Shown in pieces: positions 28,399 to 36,754 of a DNA stretch of 36,754 nt; position 1 is the first letter of the stretch, and each line of letters starts with the position of its first letter. Both the position numbers and the translations under genes were made by a program. Under the pieces are notes generated by a model. That model saw nothing but the letters and a program-made list of their open reading frames with translations, was not told the origin of the DNA and did no database searches. The DNA comes from Candidatus Poribacteria bacterium (GTDB taxonomy: Bacteria; Poribacteria; WGA-4E; UBA9662): contig JAYGDX010000375.1 of NCBI GenBank assembly GCA_046582655.1, positions 1 through 36,754 on the forward strand. Reading direction: 5' to 3'.

Positions 28399-29163
28399 AT
28401 GAAAATGAACGCATTTTATTTTTCTGTGTGTGTCCTTGTGTGTCTGTTGACACCCAGAATCCACGCAGCTGAATCACTCGGTGATCCATTTGAAGGAAAC
28501 AAACTCCAAAATAAAAATTGGAAATGGTCTGACGAGCCAAAAGAATGGGATATTGGTAAAACAAAACCAGGTTGGCTCTATATTAAAGGAGAAAGGAACC
28601 GAAATTTATGGGGCGATGATACGACCAATCGTCTTTATCAGGAACATAAAGGCGATTTTGACATAGCCACTCACTTGATTATGGATTATAAAGATGCATC
28701 TACGGTTATGGGACCGGCTGCTTATTCATCTAAGATCAAAGATCGAAAAGACCGTCCTGGAGAGTGGGTTACACTGAAACTCTGGGGACGTGGTGGCGGT
28801 GATAAAAATGCCGTAATCCAGTATCAGAAACGGGAATTCGATGGAGGAGAAGGGTTGGTAGGCACACACCCTGGTTTTTTGGATCCAATGGGTGAAATAG
28901 ATCTTCACATGCGTATGAAACGTAACGGGAACACTTTTACCGCTTGGTGGAAACGCAAGACAAAGGACAAATGGGAAAAGGTAGGTGAAACTGAACACAA
29001 GTTCCCTGATCCTATTGAAGTGAGTATCTACTCCGGTATTGCTGATGCTGGTGGAGAGATGGATTCATACTACGAATATGTTGAAGATTTAACGAATCCG
29101 TTTTCCGTTTCTGCTGGAGAAAAATTATCTGTCATTTGGGGATCTCTGAAACAGTTGAAATGA
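28399..29163 (+). CDS. Secreted ConA/LamG-like protein, paralogue of 27547-28320
   Basis: Signal peptide ending IHA, DPFEG..L, MRMKRNGN, VSIYSG; tail SVSAGEKLSVIWGSLKQLK; AAGGAG RBS. Confidence 0.7.
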   Translation: MKMNAFYFSVCVLVCLLTPRIHAAESLGDPFEGNKLQNKNWKWSDEPKEWDIGKTKPGWLYIKGERNRNLWGDDTTNRLYQEHKGDFDIATHLIMDYKDASTVMGPAAYSSKIKDRKDRPGEWVTLKLWGRGGGDKNAVIQYQKREFDGGEGLVGTHPGFLDPMGEIDLHMRMKRNGNTFTAWWKRKTKDKWEKVGETEHKFPDPIEVSIYSGIADAGGEMDSYYEYVEDLTNPFSVSAGEKLSVIWGSLKQLK

Positions 29164-30053
29164 GGTTGAGGCGTTATTTCTGTTTCATTGGCGCTTGCTG
29201 GCTTCTCCTTGTGTCTTCGTTCTGTGATGCCGACCAAGTTAGGGCGCCATCAAACTCAGTGGTCAGGTCTGTGCTGGATACAATAGAATGGATCGGAATA
29301 CCGGCTGGCGAATTTATCATGGGATCGACGGAAGAACATATAGAAGACTTTTATCAAGAATCCAAACTCCGAAGTTCGATGCTGGAACTCCCCGCTTTTG
29401 AAGCGGAAACACCACAACATAAAGTATATCTTTCTGCCTACCAAATTTCTCGACACGAAATTACTAATGCCCAATATCGTGTCTTTATTAACCAGACTAA
29501 GCGCCCTAAACCACGCGGTTACAAAGGAGAAAACATATGGGCGAATTCAATTTTAAATGCTGACAATCAACCAGTTGTTGGTGTAACTTGGTTTGACGCC
29601 TATGCCTTTGCTGACTGGATAGGCGGCAGTCTTCCCACTGAAGCGCAGTGGGAACGTGCCGCCCGAGGAACTGGCGGTTTGATCTATCCATGGGGAAACT
29701 TCCCTCCAACTCGCAAGACTGCTAATTTCGCCCGACATTTGAACCAGCCATCCGTGGTTGGTCAGTTTCCAGACGGGGCATCTGCTGAGGGAGTAGATGA
29801 CTTAGCCGGAAATGTTTGGGAGTGGTGTCTTGATCAATACGTCCCTGATTTTTATCAAGAGGTTTCAAGTCCAGATCCAGCCAATTTCCGGCATAAGAAT
29901 GTTCTGACCGATCGTGTTATCAGAGGAGGTTCTTGGGATTACGGCCGCGTATTTATTCGTTCCGCCCTCCGATTCAAACTCTATCCTCTTGATTCCACCA
30001 ATAATATTGGTTTCAGAATTGTTCGAAAAATTAATTCTGAAACGGATCAATGA
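29160..30053 (+). CDS. Secreted FGE-sulfatase domain protein lacking catalytic cysteines; start ATG 29160 (ATGA overlap)
   Basis: IPAGEFIMGS, ETPQHKV, LPTEAQWERAARG, YPWG, DLAGNVWEW, RVIRGGSW, IGFR. Confidence 0.88.
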   Translation: MRLRRYFCFIGACWLLLVSSFCDADQVRAPSNSVVRSVLDTIEWIGIPAGEFIMGSTEEHIEDFYQESKLRSSMLELPAFEAETPQHKVYLSAYQISRHEITNAQYRVFINQTKRPKPRGYKGENIWANSILNADNQPVVGVTWFDAYAFADWIGGSLPTEAQWERAARGTGGLIYPWGNFPPTRKTANFARHLNQPSVVGQFPDGASAEGVDDLAGNVWEWCLDQYVPDFYQEVSSPDPANFRHKNVLTDRVIRGGSWDYGRVFIRSALRFKLYPLDSTNNIGFRIVRKINSETDQ

Positions 30054-31705
30054 TTAAATTCCTCAGGAAACAGACGCATTGTTCATTCGTATTTTTCCTC
30101 GTAATTTGCTTGTTTCCCTTATTGTGTATGCTAACACAAGCTGATGTCTCTTTTCGCGACGTAACAATGGAAATGGGTATTGACTTTAAGCATTTCAATG
30201 ATTTCTCACCTGCGCACCGTTTGGTTGAAACGATGGGTAGTGGCGGTGCACTCTTCGACTTTGACAGGGACGGGGACTTAGATATCTACCTTGTGCAAGG
30301 TAACTCACTTACTGATCCCAACCCGAATCTGACTAATCGTCTTTATCGTAATGATGGCCAGACCTTTACTGATGTCACAGCAGATACAGGTTGCGGTGAT
30401 TCGGGTTATGGAATGGGGGTAGTAGCTGCCGACTATAATGGAGATGGTTATCAGGATCTCTATGTTACCAATCTAGGACCTAACGTTTTGTATCGTAACA
30501 ACGGTGATGATACTTTTACAGACGTAACAACTGATGCAGGAGTCAAATGCGATCTACTTAGCACCAGTGCAGCCTTTGCCGACATTGATCAGGATGGGGA
30601 TTTAGACCTCTACGTTTGTAATTACGTTGGATACTCGCTAGATAGCGATATTCCCTGCTACTATCAAGATATGCGAATCTATTGTGGCCCGAATGATTAT
30701 CAGGGCATTGGAGACACCCTATATCGCAATAACGACGATGGGACATTTACCGATATCACTCGGGTTAGCGGAACATACATCCCAAACACACGTGGATTAG
30801 GTGTTGTCTTCACTGATCTGAATGACGATGGTTTATTGGATATCTATGTTGCCAACGATATGAATCCAAACGCACTTTTTGTCAATCAGGGAAATGGCAA
30901 ATTTATCGAAGAGGGAACACGTCGCGGTTGTGCTTATAATGCTGATGGCATTGCTAATGGTTCGATGGGTATTGATGCCCAGGATTTCGATAATGATGGC
31001 GACATTGACCTCTGGATGACAAATTTTTCACTCGAAGCTAATTGTTTAATGGTAAATGATGGCGACGGATATTTTGACGATTTTACCTTCGATCTTGATT
31101 TGGCTAAACCTTCATTCCACTTGCTTGGGTTTGGAACACTGTTCACAGATTACGACAACAATGGTTGGAAAGATCTAATTGTTGGAAACGGACATATCTG
31201 GGATAATGTATACCTGATTGACCCCTCAATGAGTTATTCTCAACCACTTCAGATCTTTGCTAATTTTAAAGGACAGTTTCAAGACAAAACAGACCAAATA
31301 GGATTAGATCAAAACCAATATGTGGTTCGTGGTCTGATTCGTGGAGATATTGATAACGACGGCGATGTTGATTTAGTACTGTGCCAATCCAATCGACGCG
31401 TAGTTGTACTTCGAAATGAAGTTGGCAATCGGCAATCCTGGATAGTTTTTCGGCTGATCGGAAAAGGTAAAAATACAGATGCGATTGGTTCCAGAGTTCA
31501 GTTGACAACGAATGGAATAACTCAAACAAGCGAGGTGATTTGTGGTGCCAGCTATCTGGTTGGAAACGATATGCGACTCCATTTTGGGCTTGACGATGCC
31601 GATGTAATCGAGAAAGTTACCATTCGATGGGCCGACGGCATGTTACAGACACTCAAAGATATTTCTGCCAGACAGATACTTACAGTTACTCAAAGGCAAC
31701 TTTAA
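30050..31705 (+). CDS. CRTAC1/ASPIC-UnbV family protein (FG-GAP/VCBS-like repeats)
   Basis: Signal peptide, ETMGSG, repeated D.D.DG.LD.Y and LYRN.GDGTFTDV, C-terminal SYL..ND.RLHFGL...IRW.DG; ATGA overlap with the upstream gene. Confidence 0.92.
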   Translation: MIKFLRKQTHCSFVFFLVICLFPLLCMLTQADVSFRDVTMEMGIDFKHFNDFSPAHRLVETMGSGGALFDFDRDGDLDIYLVQGNSLTDPNPNLTNRLYRNDGQTFTDVTADTGCGDSGYGMGVVAADYNGDGYQDLYVTNLGPNVLYRNNGDDTFTDVTTDAGVKCDLLSTSAAFADIDQDGDLDLYVCNYVGYSLDSDIPCYYQDMRIYCGPNDYQGIGDTLYRNNDDGTFTDITRVSGTYIPNTRGLGVVFTDLNDDGLLDIYVANDMNPNALFVNQGNGKFIEEGTRRGCAYNADGIANGSMGIDAQDFDNDGDIDLWMTNFSLEANCLMVNDGDGYFDDFTFDLDLAKPSFHLLGFGTLFTDYDNNGWKDLIVGNGHIWDNVYLIDPSMSYSQPLQIFANFKGQFQDKTDQIGLDQNQYVVRGLIRGDIDNDGDVDLVLCQSNRRVVVLRNEVGNRQSWIVFRLIGKGKNTDAIGSRVQLTTNGITQTSEVICGASYLVGNDMRLHFGLDDADVIEKVTIRWADGMLQTLKDISARQILTVTQRQL

Positions 31706-31720
31706 AACAATGGCTAAGGA

Positions 31721-33397
31721 TTATTTAACGATTTGACCAATTCCTTCTTTGACATGAATGATTGTATCCAATTCGACATTTTCAATCCTGTCAATTTTTC
31801 CACTTGGCCATAAAACCTCTAGACGATTTATCTGATCTAAATCCTTCCCAAGGCCAAAGTGAACACGCAGATCATTTTGAGACATATAGCTGGAACTGCT
31901 ACGTACCTCTGAAATCAATTCTTGGTTTTTAAGAATTATTTTTACTTTAGCACCGATACCATCACGATTGCTTCCCGATGTGGGCTGAGATCCGGTGGTT
32001 TTGACTATCAGCCAATGGTTATCTGTTTTACTGTCGTTTCTCAGTAGAGTTGGCTGATCATGTGCGTTACTGATCAGGATATCTATATCCCCGTCGTTGT
32101 CATAATCTCCAAAGGCAACACCACGACTGACCTTTAAATCTTCTGACATATGGTTAGTTCTGACGAAGCTTCCCTGCCCATCATTTATTAGCAGATGATT
32201 GGGTTGCTTGTAGGAAGAACCAGTATCATATTGCGCGATTATGTCTTGTATGTGACCGTTAGCTACAAACAAATCTCGAAAGCCATCATTATTCAAATCG
32301 ACTAGACCGGTTCCCCAACCGACATATGGTAATGTATATCCCAATCCGATTGAAAAAGAAATGTCATTGAAAAAACCGTTTCCTTCATTTCGATAGAGTG
32401 TATTAACCTGCCTTTGGAAATTTGTCATAATTAAGTCAAAATCTCCGTCGTTATCATAATCTGCTAGATCAAGTCCCATAGACCCTTGTAAATCTCCATT
32501 CATGTCAGTAGCAACACCCGCTATCCAAGCGACATTGGAAAATGTACCATCACTGTTGTTCCGATATAAAAAATTCTCTGTTGCATCATTCGCCACGAAA
32601 AGATCTAGGTCTTCGTCGTTGTCGTAATCTGACCATATAGGACTCATTCCTCTTCCTATAGGATTATAAAGGCCTGCTTCTCTTGTCACATTAGTGAATG
32701 TTCCGTTGCCATTGTTGCGATACAGAGTATCTGGAACTCCAGTGAATTGCTCAGGTGGACAATAAACATGAATGTTATTACCATTGATTCCTTTATGAAT
32801 ACATGGACGATGGTTTTCAACTTTAAAATCACAATAGTTGGTTACATATAAATCCAAATCTCCGTCATTGTCGTAATCTCCAAATGCGGAACCTGCACTC
32901 CATCGGGATTCACCAACTTGGGCGATTTGGGTAACGTCAGTAAAAGTGCCATCACCATTGTTTTGGTATAGAATATTTGCGCCAAAATTTGTGATGTATA
33001 AATCAATGAAGCCGTTGTTATCATAATCCCCTGCGGAAATACCTGTACCATAACCAGGATGGCCAACTCCAGCGGATGCCGTTACATCAATGAATTTTCC
33101 ACCTCCGATGTTTCGGTAAAGCTTGTTTTTTGAAGCTTTTTCCGCACTATCTTTACTAACGAACGTTGCATTAACCAAGTAGATATCCAAATCTCCATCG
33201 TCGTCATAATCAATAAAAGCACAACCTGATCCGATTGTTTCAATGAAATATTTTTGTTCCCCTCGACCATCTTGATGTTGGAAATTTATGCCTGCTTCCT
33301 GCGTAATATCGGTGAACTGAATATGATTGGTGAATTCAGCTTGACTAGATCTTTGGCTGGATAAGACTAGAAACACGAGAAATACAGTACTTTTCAA
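31721..33397 (-). CDS. CRTAC1/ASPIC-UnbV family protein
   Basis: ETIGSG, DYDNDGDLD repeats, SRGVAFGDYDNDGD, SNRDGIGA, SYMSQND.RVHFGL. Confidence 0.92.
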   Translation of the reverse strand: MKSTVFLVFLVLSSQRSSQAEFTNHIQFTDITQEAGINFQHQDGRGEQKYFIETIGSGCAFIDYDDDGDLDIYLVNATFVSKDSAEKASKNKLYRNIGGGKFIDVTASAGVGHPGYGTGISAGDYDNNGFIDLYITNFGANILYQNNGDGTFTDVTQIAQVGESRWSAGSAFGDYDNDGDLDLYVTNYCDFKVENHRPCIHKGINGNNIHVYCPPEQFTGVPDTLYRNNGNGTFTNVTREAGLYNPIGRGMSPIWSDYDNDEDLDLFVANDATENFLYRNNSDGTFSNVAWIAGVATDMNGDLQGSMGLDLADYDNDGDFDLIMTNFQRQVNTLYRNEGNGFFNDISFSIGLGYTLPYVGWGTGLVDLNNDGFRDLFVANGHIQDIIAQYDTGSSYKQPNHLLINDGQGSFVRTNHMSEDLKVSRGVAFGDYDNDGDIDILISNAHDQPTLLRNDSKTDNHWLIVKTTGSQPTSGSNRDGIGAKVKIILKNQELISEVRSSSSYMSQNDLRVHFGLGKDLDQINRLEVLWPSGKIDRIENVELDTIIHVKEGIGQIVK

Positions 33398-33481
33398 AAT
33401 GTAATTTTGTATCAGAGAATCCTCTTTTGGTCTTACTTAACCGAATTGAGTGTTTAGTTAGGGGAATCTGTTGTTACAAAT

Positions 33482-34780
33482 TTATTTTTCTGACTTGGTT
33501 TTTCTTCGAATCATCTTTATTACTTCTTGGAATTCAGGTTTAGGATCAATTTCAATAGCGGTTTGAGCCAATTCTAACGCTTGATCGAGATTTTTTCCTG
33601 TTTCGACCAAAAGCTTAGCCAGAGATATTTTGGGAGGGGCTGCGTCAGGTGATAGCTTAATTGCTTGTCGGAAATCAGATTCCGCGCCGACAAAGTCAGA
33701 TATCTTTTCTTTGACTTTTCCACGTTGCCAGTATCCAGGTGCCCAATCAGGTTTGTTCAAAAGACCCAAGCTTAAAGTTAACTCAGCCGCTGCTAAGTCA
33801 TCAAGTTGGATTTGTAAATAAGCTAAATCTTTCGTTGCTTCAACAAAAGTCGGGTCTGCATCAACCGCAAGTTTCAAATACCGAAGTGTTTCCTGCCAAT
33901 CTTTTTGTTGGGCTAAGCGGTGAGCGTGTTGTAGATGATACTCTGCTTTTAGGCGTCGAGCCTTCTGTAATTCTTGTTTACCTTCTTTTATTTTACCTGA
34001 TTGGAGGAGAGCCTGGGCATAAACGTATCGATATGCTGAATCTCCTGAGTTTAGTTGTATTGCGGCTACGTATAAGCGCTGTGCGTCAATCAGATTTCCT
34101 TTCTTTTTAGCTACTTCTCCACGCCCAAAAAGAGCTGGATCAAACTGAGGATTTAACTCCAGCGCGGTATAGAAGCAGGCATCGGCCTCATCAAGTCGGT
34201 TTTGTCTCAAAAGCACTGTACCAAGATTTTGGTAAGCAGGAACAGATTTAGGATATAGCTGTGCTGCCACGGTGTAATAGCGTCGTGCCTGCTCAAGATT
34301 TCCTTGTTTAGCTTCAATGATACCTAGGCTGATATACCAAGGTAGTGGGGCTTTGCCGTAAAAAGATTTAATTGCCTTCTGATACCATTTGATAGCTTCA
34401 TCTGGTTGTCTGTTTTTGTCGTAAGTATCAGCTAGCGCCCCCTGAACCCGAGATAAATTCGGTGAAAATTTCAAGGCGCGATGAAAAGCGACAATAGCAG
34501 GTGGATAGTCTTTTAGCCTAACTAAGGAACTGGCCATTCCAACTTGAGCAGGTACTGAATCAGGGCGATCAGTAGCCAGTCGTTGATAAATTTTGAGGGC
34601 TTCAGCCCAGTTTCCATTTTGGAATTCACCTTCAGCTTTACGCAGGGACAGAGCAATCCTATCATCCTGAGAAAAAATATAAGGTCGATAAAATAAAATT
34701 AAGCTGAGTATAAGAAGATAAAATCTCAGTTGCAACATTAAGCAGTTGAAACAACAATTATGGTTTTGTTCTGTGCACAA
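33482..34780 (-). CDS. Tetratricopeptide repeat protein, probably exported (true start may be downstream)
   Basis: Hydrophobic N-terminal segment followed by many TPR-like units (A..Y..A..L.P...AY.NLG). Confidence 0.85.
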   Translation of the reverse strand: MCTEQNHNCCFNCLMLQLRFYLLILSLILFYRPYIFSQDDRIALSLRKAEGEFQNGNWAEALKIYQRLATDRPDSVPAQVGMASSLVRLKDYPPAIVAFHRALKFSPNLSRVQGALADTYDKNRQPDEAIKWYQKAIKSFYGKAPLPWYISLGIIEAKQGNLEQARRYYTVAAQLYPKSVPAYQNLGTVLLRQNRLDEADACFYTALELNPQFDPALFGRGEVAKKKGNLIDAQRLYVAAIQLNSGDSAYRYVYAQALLQSGKIKEGKQELQKARRLKAEYHLQHAHRLAQQKDWQETLRYLKLAVDADPTFVEATKDLAYLQIQLDDLAAAELTLSLGLLNKPDWAPGYWQRGKVKEKISDFVGAESDFRQAIKLSPDAAPPKISLAKLLVETGKNLDQALELAQTAIEIDPKPEFQEVIKMIRRKTKSEK

Positions 34781-35205
34781 AAATAAGCCCTAGTTTTCAG
34801 TTTTAGGGAAGATAGATCAGCTAAACCCTAGGGACATATTCAAAAAATTTCGGAATACTATCTGCTAAATATGGTATTTCAGGAAATTAGTCTGTCTGTG
34901 GAAAGATATTTATACTTTAGGTAACTCTAGGTTGTAATTATTTTATCTTGGGATGAAGCCGCTAGCAGTCCGCCAAAAATCAAAACGCCAAAATCCAGCT
35001 GACTATGGGAAAGCTTACTTTGCCATATCACTTAGGTTTCATTTTCGGTTGAATCATCGGACAACATTTTTAACATATTCCTACTCTTCTAAGTTGGCCT
35101 CAACCTTCATCTTCATCCCCAGCATGGGTTGCGGTGCTTCATAGGTCAGAGCCTCGGGCAAACTAAAATGCACATAGAAATCCTTCGAAAAACCAAATTA
35201 AAATT

Positions 35206-35234
35206 ACTATAACATTCACTTAAATTCACGTCAA
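35206..35234 (-). promoter_or_regulatory. Sigma70-type promoter pointing toward the TPR gene
   Basis: On the minus strand: TTGACG (35234-35229), 17 nt spacer ending TGT, TATAGT (35211-35206). Confidence 0.6.
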
Positions 35235-35268
35235 GAGCTGAAAATATTTTCTATGCTTTGGAAGGAAA

Positions 35269-36754
35269 TTACAGGGTTTTGCTCTTACCTGATTCGAAAA
35301 TCTGGATGGTTTGATTTACTGAAACTTGTTTGATTTCATAGATAGATCCATTTACAAACGTGGCAGTGATTTTGTCAATTACACCATAGTCATTTAGACC
35401 GAAATGGAGAATAAAATCGTTTTGGCACAGGTAGCTTGCCCCGCTTTTAACTTCAGCAATTTGCACTAGATCTTTGCAGGTAACTTCAACTCTGGTTCCA
35501 ATACCTGATCGATTGCTAGTTTCTCCAATAATTTGAATTTTTATCCAATTTTTCTGATTACCTCCGTCATTTCTCAAAAGTTGTGCTTTCCTATTACTGT
35601 TGGTAATCAGTATGTCGATATCACCATCGTTGTCGTAGTCGCCGAAAGTGGCACCTCGACTTGATGCTTTTTGATGCGAATCACTACCGATAGAGGTGGC
35701 AACTTCCCGGAAAACCTCATTACCCAAATTCTCAAATAGCTGATTAGTTTGCGGATAAGTTTTCTCCGGATAAATCTGATTGATATTGTCACAAACGTGC
35801 CCATTGGCGATAAAAAGGTCCTTATCGCCGTCATTATCATAATCGAAGAAGGTCGTTCCCCATCCAAGAGTGGATAAAGTCTTTTCTCCCATTCCAGAGA
35901 TATAAGTGATATCCGAGAAAAACCCGTTACCCTCATTCTTGTAAAGAATAGCTACTTCATCCTGAAAATTGGTAACGATCAAGTCCAAAAAACCGTCATT
36001 GTTGAAGTCACCAAAATCGGTGCCCATCCCACTTCCCATTTCTCCGTTTTCACCTAATGCAACCCCTGCGTAAAAAGCAACATTTGTAAACTTGCCATGA
36101 CCATTATTTTGATAGAGATAGTTATCGTTGGTATCATTCGCAACATAGATATCAGGATCTTTGTCGTTGTCATAGTCTCCCCAGACAACCCCAAGCCCAC
36201 GACCTCGCGAATTGTAGACGCCCGCTTCTTGAGTAACATCGGTGAAAGTGCCATTCCCGTTATTTTGGTAGAGCAAATCGGATTCCCCTTGGAAGTCTTG
36301 CGGCTGACAGTACGTTTCGACATCGTTGAACCGACATGTTTTGTGCTTCTCAAAATCAAACTGCACATAGTTCGCCACGTATAGATCTAAATCCCCGTCA
36401 TTGTCGTAGTCAGCAAACGCGCAACCCGATCCCCAGCGAGAATCGCCGACATTTGCTTGATCTGTTACGTCTGCGAAAGTACCATTACCGTTATTCTGAT
36501 AGAGGACGTTATTTCCATAGTTTGTGACATATAGATCAAGATAACCATCATTGTTGTAATCACCAACACAACAACCAACACCATAACCCAGATCTCCCAC
36601 CCCAGCTTGCAGGGTAACATCGGTAAATTTCCCCCTGCCATCATTCTGATACAGTTGGTTTATTGGTCTTTTAGCAGAATTGTGTCCGGGAAGGTTAGAG
36701 CCATTTACAAAATAGATGTCAAGGTCGTTATCGTTATCATAGTCAAAAAAGGCT
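35269..36754 (-). CDS. CRTAC1/ASPIC-UnbV family protein, 5' end beyond the window
   Basis: Frame stays open from the window edge (AFFDYDNDNDLDIYFVNG...) into the listed ORF; FG-GAP-like repeats and SYLCQND..LHFGL C-terminus. Confidence 0.92.
   Translation of the reverse strand, partial: AFFDYDNDNDLDIYFVNGSNLPGHNSAKRPINQLYQNDGRGKFTDVTLQAGVGDLGYGVGCCVGDYNNDGYLDLYVTNYGNNVLYQNNGNGTFADVTDQANVGDSRWGSGCAFADYDNDGDLDLYVANYVQFDFEKHKTCRFNDVETYCQPQDFQGESDLLYQNNGNGTFTDVTQEAGVYNSRGRGLGVVWGDYDNDKDPDIYVANDTNDNYLYQNNGHGKFTNVAFYAGVALGENGEMGSGMGTDFGDFNNDGFLDLIVTNFQDEVAILYKNEGNGFFSDITYISGMGEKTLSTLGWGTTFFDYDNDGDKDLFIANGHVCDNINQIYPEKTYPQTNQLFENLGNEVFREVATSIGSDSHQKASSRGATFGDYDNDGDIDILITNSNRKAQLLRNDGGNQKNWIKIQIIGETSNRSGIGTRVEVTCKDLVQIAEVKSGASYLCQNDFILHFGLNDYGVIDKITATFVNGSIYEIKQVSVNQTIQIFESGKSKTL

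Noticed and set aside
532..36527. Numerous 60-180 aa antisense or alternate-frame ORFs in the track
   Set aside because: They are shadows of well-supported genes with no motifs, except those used above as pseudogene fragments.
30050..36754. Recurring GAYTAYGAYAAYGAYGG-like nucleotide repeats as a CRISPR or tandem repeat array
   Set aside because: They are degenerate codons for FG-GAP-like DYDNDGD protein repeats inside ORFs, with no fixed repeat-spacer period and no cas genes.

Overview
Gene-dense bacterial window that resembles Candidatus Poribacteria. This is inferred from the gene-family mix and a C-terminal 'KL..W-G-x-[IL]-K' tail on secreted proteins, not from a marker gene. The left ~27 kb is catabolic: four Cys-type sulfatases, two intact and three disrupted PhyH-family Fe/2OG dioxygenase domains, two mandelate-racemase-family enzymes, a Gfo/Idh/MocA oxidoreductase, an aldo/keto reductase, a class IV aminotransferase, a GNAT, an alpha/beta hydrolase, an N,N-dimethylformamidase large-subunit homologue, a LeuB/Tdh-family dehydrogenase and a GH-like TIM barrel. 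The right ~9 kb encodes apparently exported proteins: two paralogous ConA/LamG-like proteins sharing a putative C-terminal sorting motif, an FGE-fold protein lacking catalytic cysteines, three CRTAC1/ASPIC-UnbV proteins and a TPR protein. Manual translation shows gene decay that the ORF track misses: a collapsed sialidase/BNR-like relic, a D-aminoacylase-like relic joined back-to-back to an SDR relic, and PhyH pseudogenes that all lack the HxD carboxylate ligand. I saw no rRNA, tRNA, CRISPR array or mobile element. All family calls come from motif recognition, not database searches.
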